Below, one piece after another: positions 29,401 through 40,154 of a stretch of 64,000 nt of DNA. The position numbers and the translations under genes are program-made. The first letter of the stretch is position 1. The number at the start of each line of letters is the position of its first letter. This DNA comes from Escherichia phage Bf23. The notes beneath the pieces are model-generated. The model was given only the letters and a program-made list of their open reading frames with translations. It had not been told where the DNA came from and made no database searches. The stretch is from sequence record OR083247.1. The stretch is one strand, 5' to 3'.

Positions 29401-30273
29401 AGCATCAAGCTGTAAATAACACCCTGTACTTTTATCGTCAGATGAAAATATAACTGTTCTTTCGCTGGAGCTATGACTGAATCTCGAAACCTCATCTTTA
29501 CGTGCATGACGTGTCCACTGTGGGCCTAGATTGCTTGCCCAACGATAGGTGTATAATGAGCGACTACTCCATCCCTGAAAAATACCAGTATAAGAAGGAG
29601 AGCCATCATTAATAGATATAAAACCTGTTAAGTAGGCTTCTCCCGATGCAATAGAAGGCCACCCAGGCACACCCTCACGAATACGCATAAAACCAATATA
29701 CGCAGAAGGATTACCGGAAATATCCGGGCAATCACGAACTGAATTACCAAGGCCTATAGAAGCTTTCATACCAGAAGCTACATTTTCAGCTTTAGTAGCA
29801 GATGCCGCCGCATTAGTTTCTGAGGTCTTAGCATTGGTTTCTGATGCTTTAGCAGCATTAGCACTGTTAGCAGCAGCAGTTTTACTATTATTAGCATTAG
29901 TTTCTGAAGTTTTAGCAGCCGTCTCACTAGCTTTTGCGTTAGTCTCAGAAGTCTTAGCAGCTTTAGCACTATTAGCAGAAGCAGTAGCAGAAGAAGCAGA
30001 CTGAGTTGCAGACTGCTGGGAAGATGCCGCAGAAATTTCTGCTTCATTCTCAGAATCTTTGGCATTTAGCTCTGACTGTTTTGCATTAATTTCAGATTGT
30101 TTAGCTGCTGCTGCAGAAGTCTTAGAGGATTCTATTGCAGTAGTTAGCTCACCAGCAGTGATAGAACTAATAGAATTAGAAAGCACAACTGTATACTTAG
30201 GATATTTACTTGCAGTTATACTATTCTGGTCCATAGTGACCATTTGCTGTAGAATTATTTTAGTTATAGCCAT
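26476..30273 (-). CDS. ltf: L-shaped tail fibre protein with C-terminal intramolecular-chaperone (peptidase S74-like) domain
   Basis: 1265 aa; low-complexity coiled N-terminal region; C-terminal ..SDINYKTNIEEYDG.. chaperone-type motif; position at the distal end of the tail module. Confidence 0.8.
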   Translation of the reverse strand: MAITKIILQQMVTMDQNSITASKYPKYTVVLSNSISSITAGELTTAIESSKTSAAAAKQSEINAKQSELNAKDSENEAEISAASSQQSATQSASSATASANSAKAAKTSETNAKASETAAKTSETNANNSKTAAANSANAAKASETNAKTSETNAAASATKAENVASGMKASIGLGNSVRDCPDISGNPSAYIGFMRIREGVPGWPSIASGEAYLTGFISINDGSPSYTGIFQGWSSRSLYTYRWASNLGPQWTRHARKDEVSRFSHSSSERTVIFSSDDKSTGCYLQLDASGRWGYYSPADQNWKPLAIEQGGTGARDYNSALTNLNAMRDQKADLNGTDLNTLDGTRAGFYHQGANAGATSANHFPVTSAGALLVMQNNANGPQGGTQLYFPYNSINGSFYMRQYIKQSSTTGWEWTEWKIFQSYDWTSTPQFYALNLVRSSDANQVAGGILQCILNNGAGTQRTRLRLYPEFRGDNRGWATLHLQTGDKNQYLGMDEDGNVATNGKFIGSSAELRSNVSNPLTLTSQHPTIQFNETDRPANAPYYNFIFDGGNWRIQKDGDGYNGEYVIGYSYKNDQIDLPNVQAALLSVPKAKLQQTKDSLLIPNTGLSRWYDYNAPAGAEAKKYYPVIISHPAGWNGDAFVEVSMRTRSLSGSQEPNCNMIHMWIRDAGWSDMGQGAFGHYHCYDSGEVAILCVRGTDKAYYPHNAIYVRGDAFPIRLAATVGSTITIPTADWSPATASDAPVYKWGISDASDGIDGGLGIYGNLLDFTSGATGFYCSDTYRNKYGDSYQVVQANGIIQPPNGLGTYSDQDWNAQQSDGVNKFKAIAGNLNTPESSITYGGFHVGFSGTYATQFAGRNSKFFARSIEGGTVGEWLKLITATLAPKIPTDARDGFISDNAGDPSWAPSNGGGFQSSYAENRIMQSWIDGAGRLYSRFLTTNQPTTSKTDVPWKSAAMLELDNRFTGSNTFLGDILCSAANPLTLKSGNPTLSFVESDADNSTYMFVADGGGFRLNRDSTAGAELFNYSRTQNELKLGVSSYFTLNTRFEQGWTSKGSVDVTTTRYSGIAITTTAKGDATVGTRNLFEVSPDGALYVARRNNANNTGQWIINFPTAAGTLALSGTSDINYKTNIEEYDGIRSIENIKAMDLVTFVFKDDEKKRTRRGVIAQQIEEIDPTYVKHTYEPCGEPIVDDDGVVQGYTDTKERIVLDNNVLLLDALCAIKVLAQRDEEKTERINKLEKDVEDLKTVVEHLLTTMKNS

Positions 30274-30695
30274 TATTGAGTTACTCCATCACTAATATAA
30301 ACCTTGCCTTCCATAATACGGAAAGAACTAGCAGCACTACCAACAGCTGTTCTAGTAATAATTACATCATAGTATCCAGCCAATCTCTGTCTAGGGTTAT
30401 ATCTATCTCTTTCTTTGGATGCTTTGGAAGCAATAGTAGTTACAGCACTAACAGGTAGACTTATAGAGGCTACTCCTTGTGCAGCATCAACAATAGATGT
30501 AGTAAAAGATGCTAAAGTTTCAGCCCCGTCTTCTAAGCTACTTTTAATACTTCCTCTAAGAGAAAAGCCAGTAAGATCTACCGGCTTAGATGTAGCAGGA
30601 TAAACACTATCATCTACATCCATAAATTGCATAAGTAAACCATAAGGTACGTTCTCATCTACTACTAAATCAATAACTCTATTTTCTGTACTCAT
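30273..30695 (-). CDS. Small tail protein, T5 p132-like (collar) candidate (140 aa)
   Basis: Size and position between the tail fibre and pb4-like genes. Confidence 0.5.
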   Translation of the reverse strand: MSTENRVIDLVVDENVPYGLLMQFMDVDDSVYPATSKPVDLTGFSLRGSIKSSLEDGAETLASFTTSIVDAAQGVASISLPVSAVTTIASKASKERDRYNPRQRLAGYYDVIITRTAVGSAASSFRIMEGKVYISDGVTQ

Positions 30696-30699
30696 TATT

Positions 30700-32820
30700 T
30701 TACCTTATATGGATATACCCGTTTTGCAGGTCTATCTTCATTTTGTAAGATCCCTCTGGATTAGAGGATAGTGCTGCTGCACGATCATATATAATATTTA
30801 CACCAATTTGTGATAAGAAAGCATTGTTAGCAACAATTTTACTGGCAGTTACCGTACCATTAACTATCATATCTCCATGTAAAACCATTGCAGGGCTAGT
30901 CCATGCTGAACCATTCCACTGCCTAGTAAACGCTGTTCCTGGTGCCCCACTTTTATACTCAGTTAATACATCATATTTAACAGGACCAGTACCAAAGTTA
31001 GATGTAAAAAACGCATTAGCCTGAGAATCGTTCCATGCCGTTAAATTAGCAATAGCAAGAGAGTACATTCCAGGACCACGTTGTCCATTATCACCTGGTC
31101 GTCCATCTGCTCCTGGTTTACCATCAGCTCCTGGTTTACCATCCGCTCCGGGTCTACCATCAACACCTTCTGTACCACTCCATTGAACTACGTCTGACCA
31201 GCTAGTTCCAGATACTAATTGATTAGTAACAGGATCTAAAGTACCTGTAGAACAGTAAATATTTTGAGTATTAGATGTTCTATTGGGTGGAGTTTTTGAC
31301 CAGCCTGAAGGCGGATATGCAGGGCTTGTAGGCTTAGCAGGTAGTGAGGTTCCTAGAGTATAGATAAATACTGTTTGCTTACCTTGTATACCTGTTGCTA
31401 TATCGATGTCACCGTTAGGTGTACCAATTACAACCCCACTAGAGATTCTTAATGTATCACCGTCATAACGAATGTACTGGGTAGCATTGCCAATATCCAG
31501 TTTTGGTTTAGCAGTAGCATTATCCATACCCATCCAGATACCAGATCTTGTATCACCCCAAGTTTTGCCTTGAGTATAAATTGCTGGGTTATCTTGACCG
31601 GTTAAATTAGTCATGACAAAGTTAGCAGCGTTAATAGTTTTAGTTATTACACTTCCATCAACGTTAACTATCTTTTTAATAGGGTCAAAGGATATTGGAG
31701 CTTTTCCTTCCGCATCTAGAAGACCTATATTAATAGCACCAGTAGCAGCATCTATCAGGAAAGTTTGTTTCCAAGTAGAACCATCTTTGATCTTACCTTT
31801 AATATACGCGTAGTTTACCTCAATACCAGTTTCATTTACAAAACTATTATCTAGTGGAGTATCCTCCTTTAGTATAAAAGTTTGTACAGCAGAGTCGGTA
31901 ATATCCTGCTTACTTGGCCCCCAGGCAATAGACGACACTTTAAATTTATGCTCTACTTTCCACGGGAATGATATAATTGTTGCTGATTGGGCAGCACCCA
32001 CGTTAATTTTTTGTGCTTTAGTCCATCCAGTTCTTGCAAACTCTGCTGAATCTATATAGGATAGAACAAACTCACGAACATTAGCCCCTGCACCTCTATT
32101 CCAATCCCACTGAACACGCAAATCATAGCGTTCTTTACCGTCGGCTATACGTGCTGCTTTAAACTCAATATTAGTAGGTGCGGTAGGAGGAACAAAATTA
32201 TAGTTAACTTCAAAGACAGTAGGATACTCATAGTATCCAGATGAATCAATAGTAACACCGTCTGGTAGGCTTATTTGACCAGAAATTCTTACTTTATAGA
32301 ATCCGATTGGCACGCCCCCAAACATAATAGTTGGCATTAGTGCACCAACGTAATATTTAACCCACGGATTATTAGCATTAGAATTGTTTTTTAACTCTAT
32401 AGTACAATAATCAGCTTCTCCAGTAGTATCGATAAAAACTATGGGTGCTCCAACACCAACATCTACTGGTTCTGACTCACATCGAGCGCCAGTGATTCTG
32501 GGTGCTGATTTCATTTTAAGAGTTTGTTTGTCAGATAAATTAATACCTATCTGAGCATTAAGTAGTTCAGAGTCTATTATAGAATCATAAAATGCACCCT
32601 GAACTTCATAAGTTGTTGTAGGTTTTAGGTTATTAATAGTTACAGAGAAGGTATCAACTCCAGTAAAATCTCTACGAGTAACGTTGCTACCTTCTTTAAG
32701 CCAAAAAGATCTGCCTATAACGTCATAATCAGAATAGATAGAATGCTGGATATACGCCAACGTATATCCAGTTAAGACGCTATTTAGGACCATTTTAGCT
32801 GGTGCATTATTTGAAATCAT
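30700..32820 (-). CDS. Tail tip/central fibre protein, T5 pb4-like, with a collagen-like Gly-X-Y stretch
   Basis: 706 aa; [30 protein letters not shown]; gene order. Confidence 0.6.
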   Translation of the reverse strand: MISNNAPAKMVLNSVLTGYTLAYIQHSIYSDYDVIGRSFWLKEGSNVTRRDFTGVDTFSVTINNLKPTTTYEVQGAFYDSIIDSELLNAQIGINLSDKQTLKMKSAPRITGARCESEPVDVGVGAPIVFIDTTGEADYCTIELKNNSNANNPWVKYYVGALMPTIMFGGVPIGFYKVRISGQISLPDGVTIDSSGYYEYPTVFEVNYNFVPPTAPTNIEFKAARIADGKERYDLRVQWDWNRGAGANVREFVLSYIDSAEFARTGWTKAQKINVGAAQSATIISFPWKVEHKFKVSSIAWGPSKQDITDSAVQTFILKEDTPLDNSFVNETGIEVNYAYIKGKIKDGSTWKQTFLIDAATGAINIGLLDAEGKAPISFDPIKKIVNVDGSVITKTINAANFVMTNLTGQDNPAIYTQGKTWGDTRSGIWMGMDNATAKPKLDIGNATQYIRYDGDTLRISSGVVIGTPNGDIDIATGIQGKQTVFIYTLGTSLPAKPTSPAYPPSGWSKTPPNRTSNTQNIYCSTGTLDPVTNQLVSGTSWSDVVQWSGTEGVDGRPGADGKPGADGKPGADGRPGDNGQRGPGMYSLAIANLTAWNDSQANAFFTSNFGTGPVKYDVLTEYKSGAPGTAFTRQWNGSAWTSPAMVLHGDMIVNGTVTASKIVANNAFLSQIGVNIIYDRAAALSSNPEGSYKMKIDLQNGYIHIR
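31085..31178 (-). repeat. Collagen-like triplet (Gly-X-Y) tandem repeat inside the pb4-like gene
   Basis: DNA repeats of CCTGGTTTACCATC(A/C)GCTCC on the + strand encoding [13 protein letters not shown]. Confidence 0.7.
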
Positions 32821-35670
32821 TTAAATAGTAGCCCAACCAACAGATTGCTCACCATTTTCCCCTTCTGCTCTAATCCTAAATCGTAGTTTACGATTAATTC
32901 CTAAAGCACCAGAGTTTAATAGTGCAAAATCCGCCTTATTATATGTTAATAGATAGTCATAAGTACAGGCATCCTCTATCCTAATACTACGAAGCATTCT
33001 ATCCTGAGAATCATGTATTTCTAGAGTATAATAAATTTCTGGAATTATTTCTTCCTCAGGTATCTTATCCCAAGCAAGTTTCACGTCTGGTCCAACAAAT
33101 TCAGTCACGTCTCCAGAAGCTGTATTAGTTACTCTAAAGTTACTAACTACACTTAAGTTTCTAGCAGAATTAAGATCCACGGAAAGAGTAACAGGAGAAC
33201 TACGTCTACCATTAATATCAACGGCACGTAATTCAAAAATAGCTAAACCAGCAGGCTCACCTATAATCTCCTGAATCATCCTTTCATTAGGATTATTCTC
33301 TAATTGCTGAATTATGTAAGGATCTACATGACCTGAATGAGCTATAGAGTAATATACTACGTTATTAGTAAAACTAGGTAGCCAAGATAGTTCCCCATTT
33401 TTACCTATAGCACCTATCGTACCACCAGGAGTTGGTGTATACTTAAAGTCTCTAGGAGGAAGAACATTATTACTAATATCTGGAATATCATTACCACTAT
33501 TATCTACTTGATCAGAGTTGATAAATACATCTTCACCATACTCTTGTAGTGTTAAGTTAATCCTACCATCACGAGTATTTTCTACTTCATCTACTAGGAA
33601 GAACTTGTCTTTCCACCCATAACGCTCATAAGTAAACGCAATCGGATCATTTGGCTCTATACCAATGAATTTATAAGGTACTGAGAAGCTAAGCGTACGT
33701 GAGTATCTAGATTTTTTAAGCTCCCTATCTGCATAACTACGAGCAGTGTAGTAGTTAGTAATATTTGCAAAAGATAGCTGAAGTTTTTTATCCAAGCCCT
33801 TGTCTTGTTCTTTAAACTTAGAGTTATAGAATGTAATAGAGTTTGTTTTCCAACTTAGCGCAGGGTCTACTAGGGATGCTTGTACTGAGTTAAACTTATT
33901 TCTACCAGTAGTATCAGATAAGTCTAAGTCCCCATAAGTATCTAGAAAACTTATATTCAAAGGAGTTGTAGAGTGCTTCTCTACAGTTATTCTATACTCA
34001 CCAGATAAGTTATTTATAGCTCCTCCAAAAGAATCCAGTACTCCTTGAACATTTTTAAATACTGATTCGGAGGTATCTAATATAGTGTTTAACTGAACTA
34101 CTTGGCGATGTTCAGAAATAGAATCACTCCAACCAACATATCTCCAATATGGTTGCCAGCTAATCTGATAAGATTCATCAATTATATCTAGAATTTTTGC
34201 TTCTGATATAATCTTTTGTAGGGGGAACTGATCTAGAGTTATATTAGCTCCATAACGTTCAGAGGTTAGATAGTCCATAAGCTGCCAGATACCGTTAAGG
34301 CTAGTTTTATCAGCTTTAACAGACCCATCAGAACTATATACTTTGACTTTCTTACCTTGTACTTCAGCACTAATTTCTGGAATTTCAGTTCTATTCTCAT
34401 TAATAGTAAATCTAACTACAGCGTAGGCTGTGTCTAAGAGCTTATAACGAGAATCCCAGTATTCAGGTCCATTGCCGTTTTGATTCTGTAAATAGAAACC
34501 TTTTCTTTTAGCAATATCCACTAATACTTGAGCTGCTGTCTGGTCTGGTTTGCCATGAAAGGTCCATATTCTTATGTCACCATTACCATCATTATACTTA
34601 TACTCCTGACCATGAACAGAAGGTTGAGAAGTACTTGTACCCGCAGCTAGTCTATGCATTGTATCACCCACTAGTTTCTTACGACCGAAGCAGGTTCTAG
34701 TATTGGAATCCGTTTCATCGAAACAGATCATTGGGCTGTCCCCAATATAGAAATCCAGGAATCCGTCTATTTCTCCTTCCGAAAAAGCATAGACTACATA
34801 CACTATATTAGGGTTATTTAGCTCAGTATCTGCAAAAATAGGGATACCAGGAATTTTCTGAACCCCATATACAACAGGTATAAATTTAGCTGCTAAGTTA
34901 AAGTCCAGGTCCACTTCTTTAGTTACAGTCTCATAATACTTTTTAAGACTGTAACTTCTTGATAGACCAAAGAGCTTCTTCTTGGACTGAAGTTTATAGC
35001 GTTCTTCTTTTACTTGATACTTAGCTAAGATAGTGGTACTTTTATTAGAGTGGAAGAATCCATAGTCTTCTTGATATTCAGGACGTTTAGCACCATTAGA
35101 AGGTTGTAATTGTCCATTAACAACTTCAAGTCCTCGGTGGGAAGCATCATCGGTATAACGACCATTCACCCTATCAAAGTCATAGAACTGGTTGGAACAG
35201 TTCCATGTGATAACAGAAGTTCCTATTCCTGAAGTAGTAACATTATCTTTTATTCCGCCTCCGGTAATTCTACCACGGAAGAATAATAAAGGGCCGTCTG
35301 TACTAGGATCTACTGGAAGAATATTTCCTTCTTCATCAATTATCGCTTGATGTATAGTAATAGTTCTATCTAAGAAAGATACCCCATTTTGAACTAGTTT
35401 TAATACTTCATCTTCTGCTGTACCAGTTATAGTGAAAGATAAACTACCAATAGATAATTGACGGTTCTGCTTATGGGAGCTTATACTTTTTACTTTACCT
35501 GATCTATATAAGATTCCGCTATAAGTAACATCTCTAAAATAGTCTGTCAGGTAGATATAAGTAGCTGCGGAACCAGATGAACTAGGAAGCTCTAAAGCTA
35601 TAAGACAAGCTGTTTTTAGCTTGTCATGAGTATTAAGATATGTTTTAGCACTATCGAGTATCTGCTTCAT
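32821..35670 (-). CDS. Baseplate hub / tail-associated lysin-like protein, T5 pb3-like (949 aa)
   Basis: Size equals that recalled for T5 pb3; position between Dit-like and pb4-like genes. Confidence 0.65.
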   Translation of the reverse strand: MKQILDSAKTYLNTHDKLKTACLIALELPSSSGSAATYIYLTDYFRDVTYSGILYRSGKVKSISSHKQNRQLSIGSLSFTITGTAEDEVLKLVQNGVSFLDRTITIHQAIIDEEGNILPVDPSTDGPLLFFRGRITGGGIKDNVTTSGIGTSVITWNCSNQFYDFDRVNGRYTDDASHRGLEVVNGQLQPSNGAKRPEYQEDYGFFHSNKSTTILAKYQVKEERYKLQSKKKLFGLSRSYSLKKYYETVTKEVDLDFNLAAKFIPVVYGVQKIPGIPIFADTELNNPNIVYVVYAFSEGEIDGFLDFYIGDSPMICFDETDSNTRTCFGRKKLVGDTMHRLAAGTSTSQPSVHGQEYKYNDGNGDIRIWTFHGKPDQTAAQVLVDIAKRKGFYLQNQNGNGPEYWDSRYKLLDTAYAVVRFTINENRTEIPEISAEVQGKKVKVYSSDGSVKADKTSLNGIWQLMDYLTSERYGANITLDQFPLQKIISEAKILDIIDESYQISWQPYWRYVGWSDSISEHRQVVQLNTILDTSESVFKNVQGVLDSFGGAINNLSGEYRITVEKHSTTPLNISFLDTYGDLDLSDTTGRNKFNSVQASLVDPALSWKTNSITFYNSKFKEQDKGLDKKLQLSFANITNYYTARSYADRELKKSRYSRTLSFSVPYKFIGIEPNDPIAFTYERYGWKDKFFLVDEVENTRDGRINLTLQEYGEDVFINSDQVDNSGNDIPDISNNVLPPRDFKYTPTPGGTIGAIGKNGELSWLPSFTNNVVYYSIAHSGHVDPYIIQQLENNPNERMIQEIIGEPAGLAIFELRAVDINGRRSSPVTLSVDLNSARNLSVVSNFRVTNTASGDVTEFVGPDVKLAWDKIPEEEIIPEIYYTLEIHDSQDRMLRSIRIEDACTYDYLLTYNKADFALLNSGALGINRKLRFRIRAEGENGEQSVGWATI

Positions 35671-36281
35671 AGACTTTCCCTCAAGGAAAGTGAAATACCA
35701 GAATAAGTACCATTGTTATTTAGGGTAGAACCGAAGGAATCTCCGTTCATTAGCTTAGTTCTAAATAAGATACCATTAAAAACTGGTTTTTCACTACCCG
35801 TAGTAGTAATAAATAGATCAGGATATAGGGAAATATTCCATACGTTTCCTGAGCTACTAAAATTTGTTATTTTATAAACTTTAGGATGATTAGATAACTT
35901 AAATAAATCCCCAGCTTTTGGCTGCCCAGTCAAGGTTCCATTAGTATTTAGTATAATTTGAGAACCTTTTTGACCGGCAGGTATGGTAACACTCTTAGTA
36001 TCACCACGTACTCTAAATGCTTCATACTGAGGCAGGAGTACATCTAAATAATCTCCAGTTCTTTTATATTCTAAAAGCCTAGAGTCTAGAAATGCATATT
36101 CATCCGGGAAAAGTTCCGGGTATGAGATATTAATTCCCCAGTATTGAGCAGATATTTTAACCTCTTTGACTTTACCATTAGGTAATTCATCACGAATCAT
36201 AGGGTCGTTATCTACTAAATTGACGCTTTCAAAACCTAACCCTGGGTACTCTGGGTTCGTGTATGGATCTGGTAGTCTCAT
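35667..36281 (-). CDS. Distal tail protein (Dit), T5 pb9-like (204 aa)
   Basis: Size and position immediately downstream of the tape measure gene; 4-nt overlap with the pb3-like gene. Confidence 0.6.
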   Translation of the reverse strand: MRLPDPYTNPEYPGLGFESVNLVDNDPMIRDELPNGKVKEVKISAQYWGINISYPELFPDEYAFLDSRLLEYKRTGDYLDVLLPQYEAFRVRGDTKSVTIPAGQKGSQIILNTNGTLTGQPKAGDLFKLSNHPKVYKITNFSSSGNVWNISLYPDLFITTTGSEKPVFNGILFRTKLMNGDSFGSTLNNNGTYSGISLSLRESL

Positions 36282-36390
36282 AGTTAATTTCTCCTCTTTA
36301 ATAACAATATTATAATAGTATTGGAAAATTTTATCAAGAAATTTTTATTTTTCCATAAAGAAAAGGAGGACATAAAGTCCTCCTCCAATA

Positions 36391-39300
36391 TTAAGAATTA
36401 CCAAGAGATTTCAGGGTGGTTCCATTCTCATTAAGAGCCAGTTCCACGGCATCCCTGAAAGCAGTACTATTATTCGATGCAAAATCTCTGAAGCTTGCTG
36501 CATCCATAGTGCTGATATTCAGGATAATAGGTCTACCAGAAGAGGACCTTGATCCTTCGGAAAGCTGATCATTAGGCGTAGCTTTCATAGGAACCATAGG
36601 AGTAATTACCTCGGTACCATGCTCACCCATTTGATAGCTTACTCCAGGATACATCATACCGCCTTCCGCACGTGGAACAAAGGAGTTAGCATTACCGATA
36701 CCTTTATCACCACGTAGATAGGATAATTCTCCTGAGCTAGCTTGCATAGATACATCAACGTTCTTCTGTCGTTCACCTAGAGTTAAGTACTGAGTAGTAT
36801 CTGCCCCAGAATCCGCAATAGAAGACATGCCAGATGCAGAAGATGCTTGAGCAAGAGCTAACGCACCTGCTAAACCTGCCGCCACCATCAAAGGAATAGA
36901 GAACGGATATGGTACAGCTGTTGCTGCTTGCATTACTGCTACTGCTGTCTGGATGATGATCTGTTTCTTAGCTGCATCTTGCTGAATCTTCAGCTTTTCA
37001 GCTTCTAATTTTTTCAGCTTAGCTTTAGATGCCTCAGATTTGCCATCACGCTTCTGCTCTGCTGCAATAGCCTGATCAATTGCACTAACCTGCTGACTAG
37101 TACTGTATTGAATCATAGAAGCCACAGTCTGCATACCAGAAGCAATCATAGATGTAGTATCTAAAGACCCCTGGGAGAACTGAATCATAGAGTTGGTTAA
37201 ATTACCCATACTCTGAGCCACCGCGGTTGCTTCAGAATTTAATTCAGATAGCTTAGAGATCGCCTGGTCATAGGAGGCCATTCTATTCTGCATATCAGCA
37301 AAATCTTTATCCTCTCCAGATAGCCCAGTTGTAGGAGTATACGTAGCTCCCACAGAAGATCCTACTTGTTGCTGCATCTGACTTTCTCTCTGCTTTCTAA
37401 GTTGCTCTAAAGCGGCAGCAGTTTTATAAATCTCATTACGATACTTAAGCTCTTCTTCTGTATTACCCTTAGATAGCTCCAGCTGTTGCTGCAGAATGGA
37501 TAATCTTTCCGTAAGAATTTGGGATTGGCCAGTAACATTTCTTTGTGTTTGGCTGACTTCTAGTGCATCCATGAGAGCTGATACATGTGAGGCAGTTGCC
37601 TGCTTTTCTGCTTCCCATAGCTCTCTACTTATCTGTGCCTGAGCACGTCTTGACTGTTCTACCTTAGCTTGACCATCCGCTTGTTTAGAGTATAACTTCG
37701 CTTTTTCCTGCTCTAACTGCAGCTCTAGTCTTAACTGCGCCAAACGATACTGAGTACTCGTCATAGTGCGGTCATTCAGAAGAGCTATTTCTCTGTCAAC
37801 ACCAAGAATCTTATCAGTATAGTCTTTAACTTTCTTCTGAGCTTCCATACCCTGATTGGTAAGTTTAAGTTTCTCTAGCTGAATTTTTTCAATTTCTTTC
37901 TCAACAGCTTTATTCCCCTGGTTTGTTTGAAGAACACGGCGTAAAGCAGCTTCTTGCTCTTCTAACTGTTGCAACTCTAAACGTCTACCAGCTTCCTGAG
38001 CTTTTTCCTTATCCTTAGTTTGATTATATACATCAGCTATCTTCTGTTGAACTGCTAACTGATTTTTAGTCTCATTACCTGTTAATTTAACATATTCAGA
38101 TAGAGCTTGAGAAGCAGTTTTCATTTCAGATAGGGTATTAAACCCTAAGTTAAGATTTTTAACATACTCATCCGCACTCTTACCAGTTCCTGCGGAGAGA
38201 GATTCTACATTTCTAATTACCTCTTCAAAAGTTGCACTAGTTTTAGCAGCGGTATCTGTACTACTAGCTATATTTTGAAAGTCATTAGCTAAATCACTAG
38301 ACGTTTTCTTAGTTTGGTTATATGCTTTTTGTTGCTCTGTCAGACCTTTTAGAGCAGCAGAATTAAAGTCATATACAGCATCTGGGTCATATATATCTTT
38401 CTGTAGGTTAATCTGTTTCTGGAACTCTGGGTTAGCTTTTGTAGCAGCAGCCCCCGCGGTTTGAAATGCAGATTTCCAGGCATTGAGGTTCTCGGTAGAA
38501 TCAGTAACTTCTTTATCCAAGCGTGCTACTTGTAGACCCATAGCTGCAGTTTCTGCTACAAATTGCTTATTGGCCTCCGAAGCACCTGCTGCTGCAAGAC
38601 CAACAGGAATACCTTCACCAACTTGACGTATAGCTAATTTTGTATAGAAATCTGCTTGTTCCATTCGTTTATCGAACTCAGATTTTAGCTTATTACGCTT
38701 ATCAAGGGATTCCCTATACATATCTAGAGCTTTATTATATCCTTCCTCAGAAGCAGCCAAACTTAAAGCAACAGCACCAACGTTGGTAGGATCTATCTGT
38801 TTATTAGTTTTTTCTTGAGCTCTAGCTGCCTCAGCAGATACAGAAGCCTGAGATATATAGAATACCGTATTGATGGCATCGACTACTGGCCCTAAATACT
38901 TAGCAGCAGCTTGTTGTATTGTTCTTAGTGCAGCATCTGCGTTAGCAGCAAACTGCTCCCACGGAGTAGCACGCAGAACTTCATCTAGATATCCGAATTG
39001 TTTAGTAGATTCTGCTATAGCAGCCTTAGCGTATGCCTGCTGTTTCTGGAAAGTAGTAAGACTATTAATGTTATAAGTTATACCCGTGTTAGCAGCATTT
39101 AGCTGTTTAACATAGTCAGCATAAGCATCGTTAAGACGAATAGTAATACCAAGTTCATCCATAAGTTCGATTTCTTGTTTAGATATACCCTTAATTACAC
39201 GGTTAAGTGCATCAGTCATATCAACACCAAGAACAGCAGCTGCACGACGTGCTATCAAACCAAACTGCTCCAGTTGTTCCCTGTCAAATCCATAAGCGGA

Positions 39301-40071
39301 GGCAGTAGATGCTTGCCTCATAGCTTCTTCAAAAGAGATTGCATAGCCAGCTGCCTCTTGTAGTGATCTAGCAAGGGACTGAACAGGAGTACCTGTTATG
39401 GTGCCAACAATAGTACCAAACTGTTCTAACCTGTTTAGCTGATCACCTACTTTTAGGCTCTCAAAAGCAGTCTGTAGGACGAATACGTTAGAAGCAATAG
39501 CAGCGTATAATATTGGTAAACCACCACCAACTTTAGCCATTGCAGCAAAGTCACGAGTAGCTCCGCGTGCGGAACCGGAAGTATTACCTAAAGCTCTAGA
39601 AGCCCTACCAGCAGCACCAGCAGTGTCATTAAAACCTCTAGTTGTACCGCCTAAAACTCTATTGGTGTCATACAATCTATCTTGAACTTTCTCTGTTGCA
39701 GCTGCAACATCATTACCCATTGCTTTAACAGATCTAGAAACTCCATCAAATCCAATTTCTAGTTTATCTGTTACTTCAATAAGTTGGATAGCCAGGTAAT
39801 CTAGCTTATCACCAATACCATCAATGGATTTAGTGATGCCAGCCATACCCCTACTAGCTTGCATTTTAGTAAGACTTTTTGCTGCCCTGTCTGCTGCCCT
39901 CTCAATGGAGTATAGAGTTTTGGGCATTTTACCTAACTGTTCATTTGTCAGTTCGGAAGCAGCAGCAGCATTTTCTAATGCATCAGATACGTTTTCAATA
40001 GACTTTGCAGTACGGGTTGCCCCCTTCTGTTTAACGTCTATCAGTAATTCTCGTATTAGCTTATCAGTCAT
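36391..40071 (-). CDS. Tail tape measure protein, T5 pb2-like (1226 aa)
   Basis: Very long, Ala/Gln/Leu-rich, largely coiled-coil protein with hydrophobic segments near the C-terminus; canonical position. Confidence 0.85.
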   Translation of the reverse strand: MTDKLIRELLIDVKQKGATRTAKSIENVSDALENAAAASELTNEQLGKMPKTLYSIERAADRAAKSLTKMQASRGMAGITKSIDGIGDKLDYLAIQLIEVTDKLEIGFDGVSRSVKAMGNDVAAATEKVQDRLYDTNRVLGGTTRGFNDTAGAAGRASRALGNTSGSARGATRDFAAMAKVGGGLPILYAAIASNVFVLQTAFESLKVGDQLNRLEQFGTIVGTITGTPVQSLARSLQEAAGYAISFEEAMRQASTASAYGFDREQLEQFGLIARRAAAVLGVDMTDALNRVIKGISKQEIELMDELGITIRLNDAYADYVKQLNAANTGITYNINSLTTFQKQQAYAKAAIAESTKQFGYLDEVLRATPWEQFAANADAALRTIQQAAAKYLGPVVDAINTVFYISQASVSAEAARAQEKTNKQIDPTNVGAVALSLAASEEGYNKALDMYRESLDKRNKLKSEFDKRMEQADFYTKLAIRQVGEGIPVGLAAAGASEANKQFVAETAAMGLQVARLDKEVTDSTENLNAWKSAFQTAGAAATKANPEFQKQINLQKDIYDPDAVYDFNSAALKGLTEQQKAYNQTKKTSSDLANDFQNIASSTDTAAKTSATFEEVIRNVESLSAGTGKSADEYVKNLNLGFNTLSEMKTASQALSEYVKLTGNETKNQLAVQQKIADVYNQTKDKEKAQEAGRRLELQQLEEQEAALRRVLQTNQGNKAVEKEIEKIQLEKLKLTNQGMEAQKKVKDYTDKILGVDREIALLNDRTMTSTQYRLAQLRLELQLEQEKAKLYSKQADGQAKVEQSRRAQAQISRELWEAEKQATASHVSALMDALEVSQTQRNVTGQSQILTERLSILQQQLELSKGNTEEELKYRNEIYKTAAALEQLRKQRESQMQQQVGSSVGATYTPTTGLSGEDKDFADMQNRMASYDQAISKLSELNSEATAVAQSMGNLTNSMIQFSQGSLDTTSMIASGMQTVASMIQYSTSQQVSAIDQAIAAEQKRDGKSEASKAKLKKLEAEKLKIQQDAAKKQIIIQTAVAVMQAATAVPYPFSIPLMVAAGLAGALALAQASSASGMSSIADSGADTTQYLTLGERQKNVDVSMQASSGELSYLRGDKGIGNANSFVPRAEGGMMYPGVSYQMGEHGTEVITPMVPMKATPNDQLSEGSRSSSGRPIILNISTMDAASFRDFASNNSTAFRDAVELALNENGTTLKSLGNS

Positions 40072-40085
40072 AATTTATTTTTCCC

Positions 40086-40118
40086 AATAAAAAAGGCTCT
40101 GGGCAAATCACCCAGAGC
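40086..40118 (-). terminator. Rho-independent terminator upstream of the tape measure gene
   Basis: On the - strand: GGCTCTGGG-loop-CCCAGAGCC followed by TTTTTTATT; shares the module TTTTTTATTGGGAAAAATAAAT with 45079-45100. Confidence 0.65.
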
Positions 40119-40154
40119 CAAGCCTCATCGTGGAACGCCCATTGGAGGAAACTT

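Noticed and set aside
29778-30065. 95-aa Leu-rich ORF antisense to the tail fibre gene
   Set aside because: Generated by the repetitive low-complexity region of the fibre gene read on the other strand.
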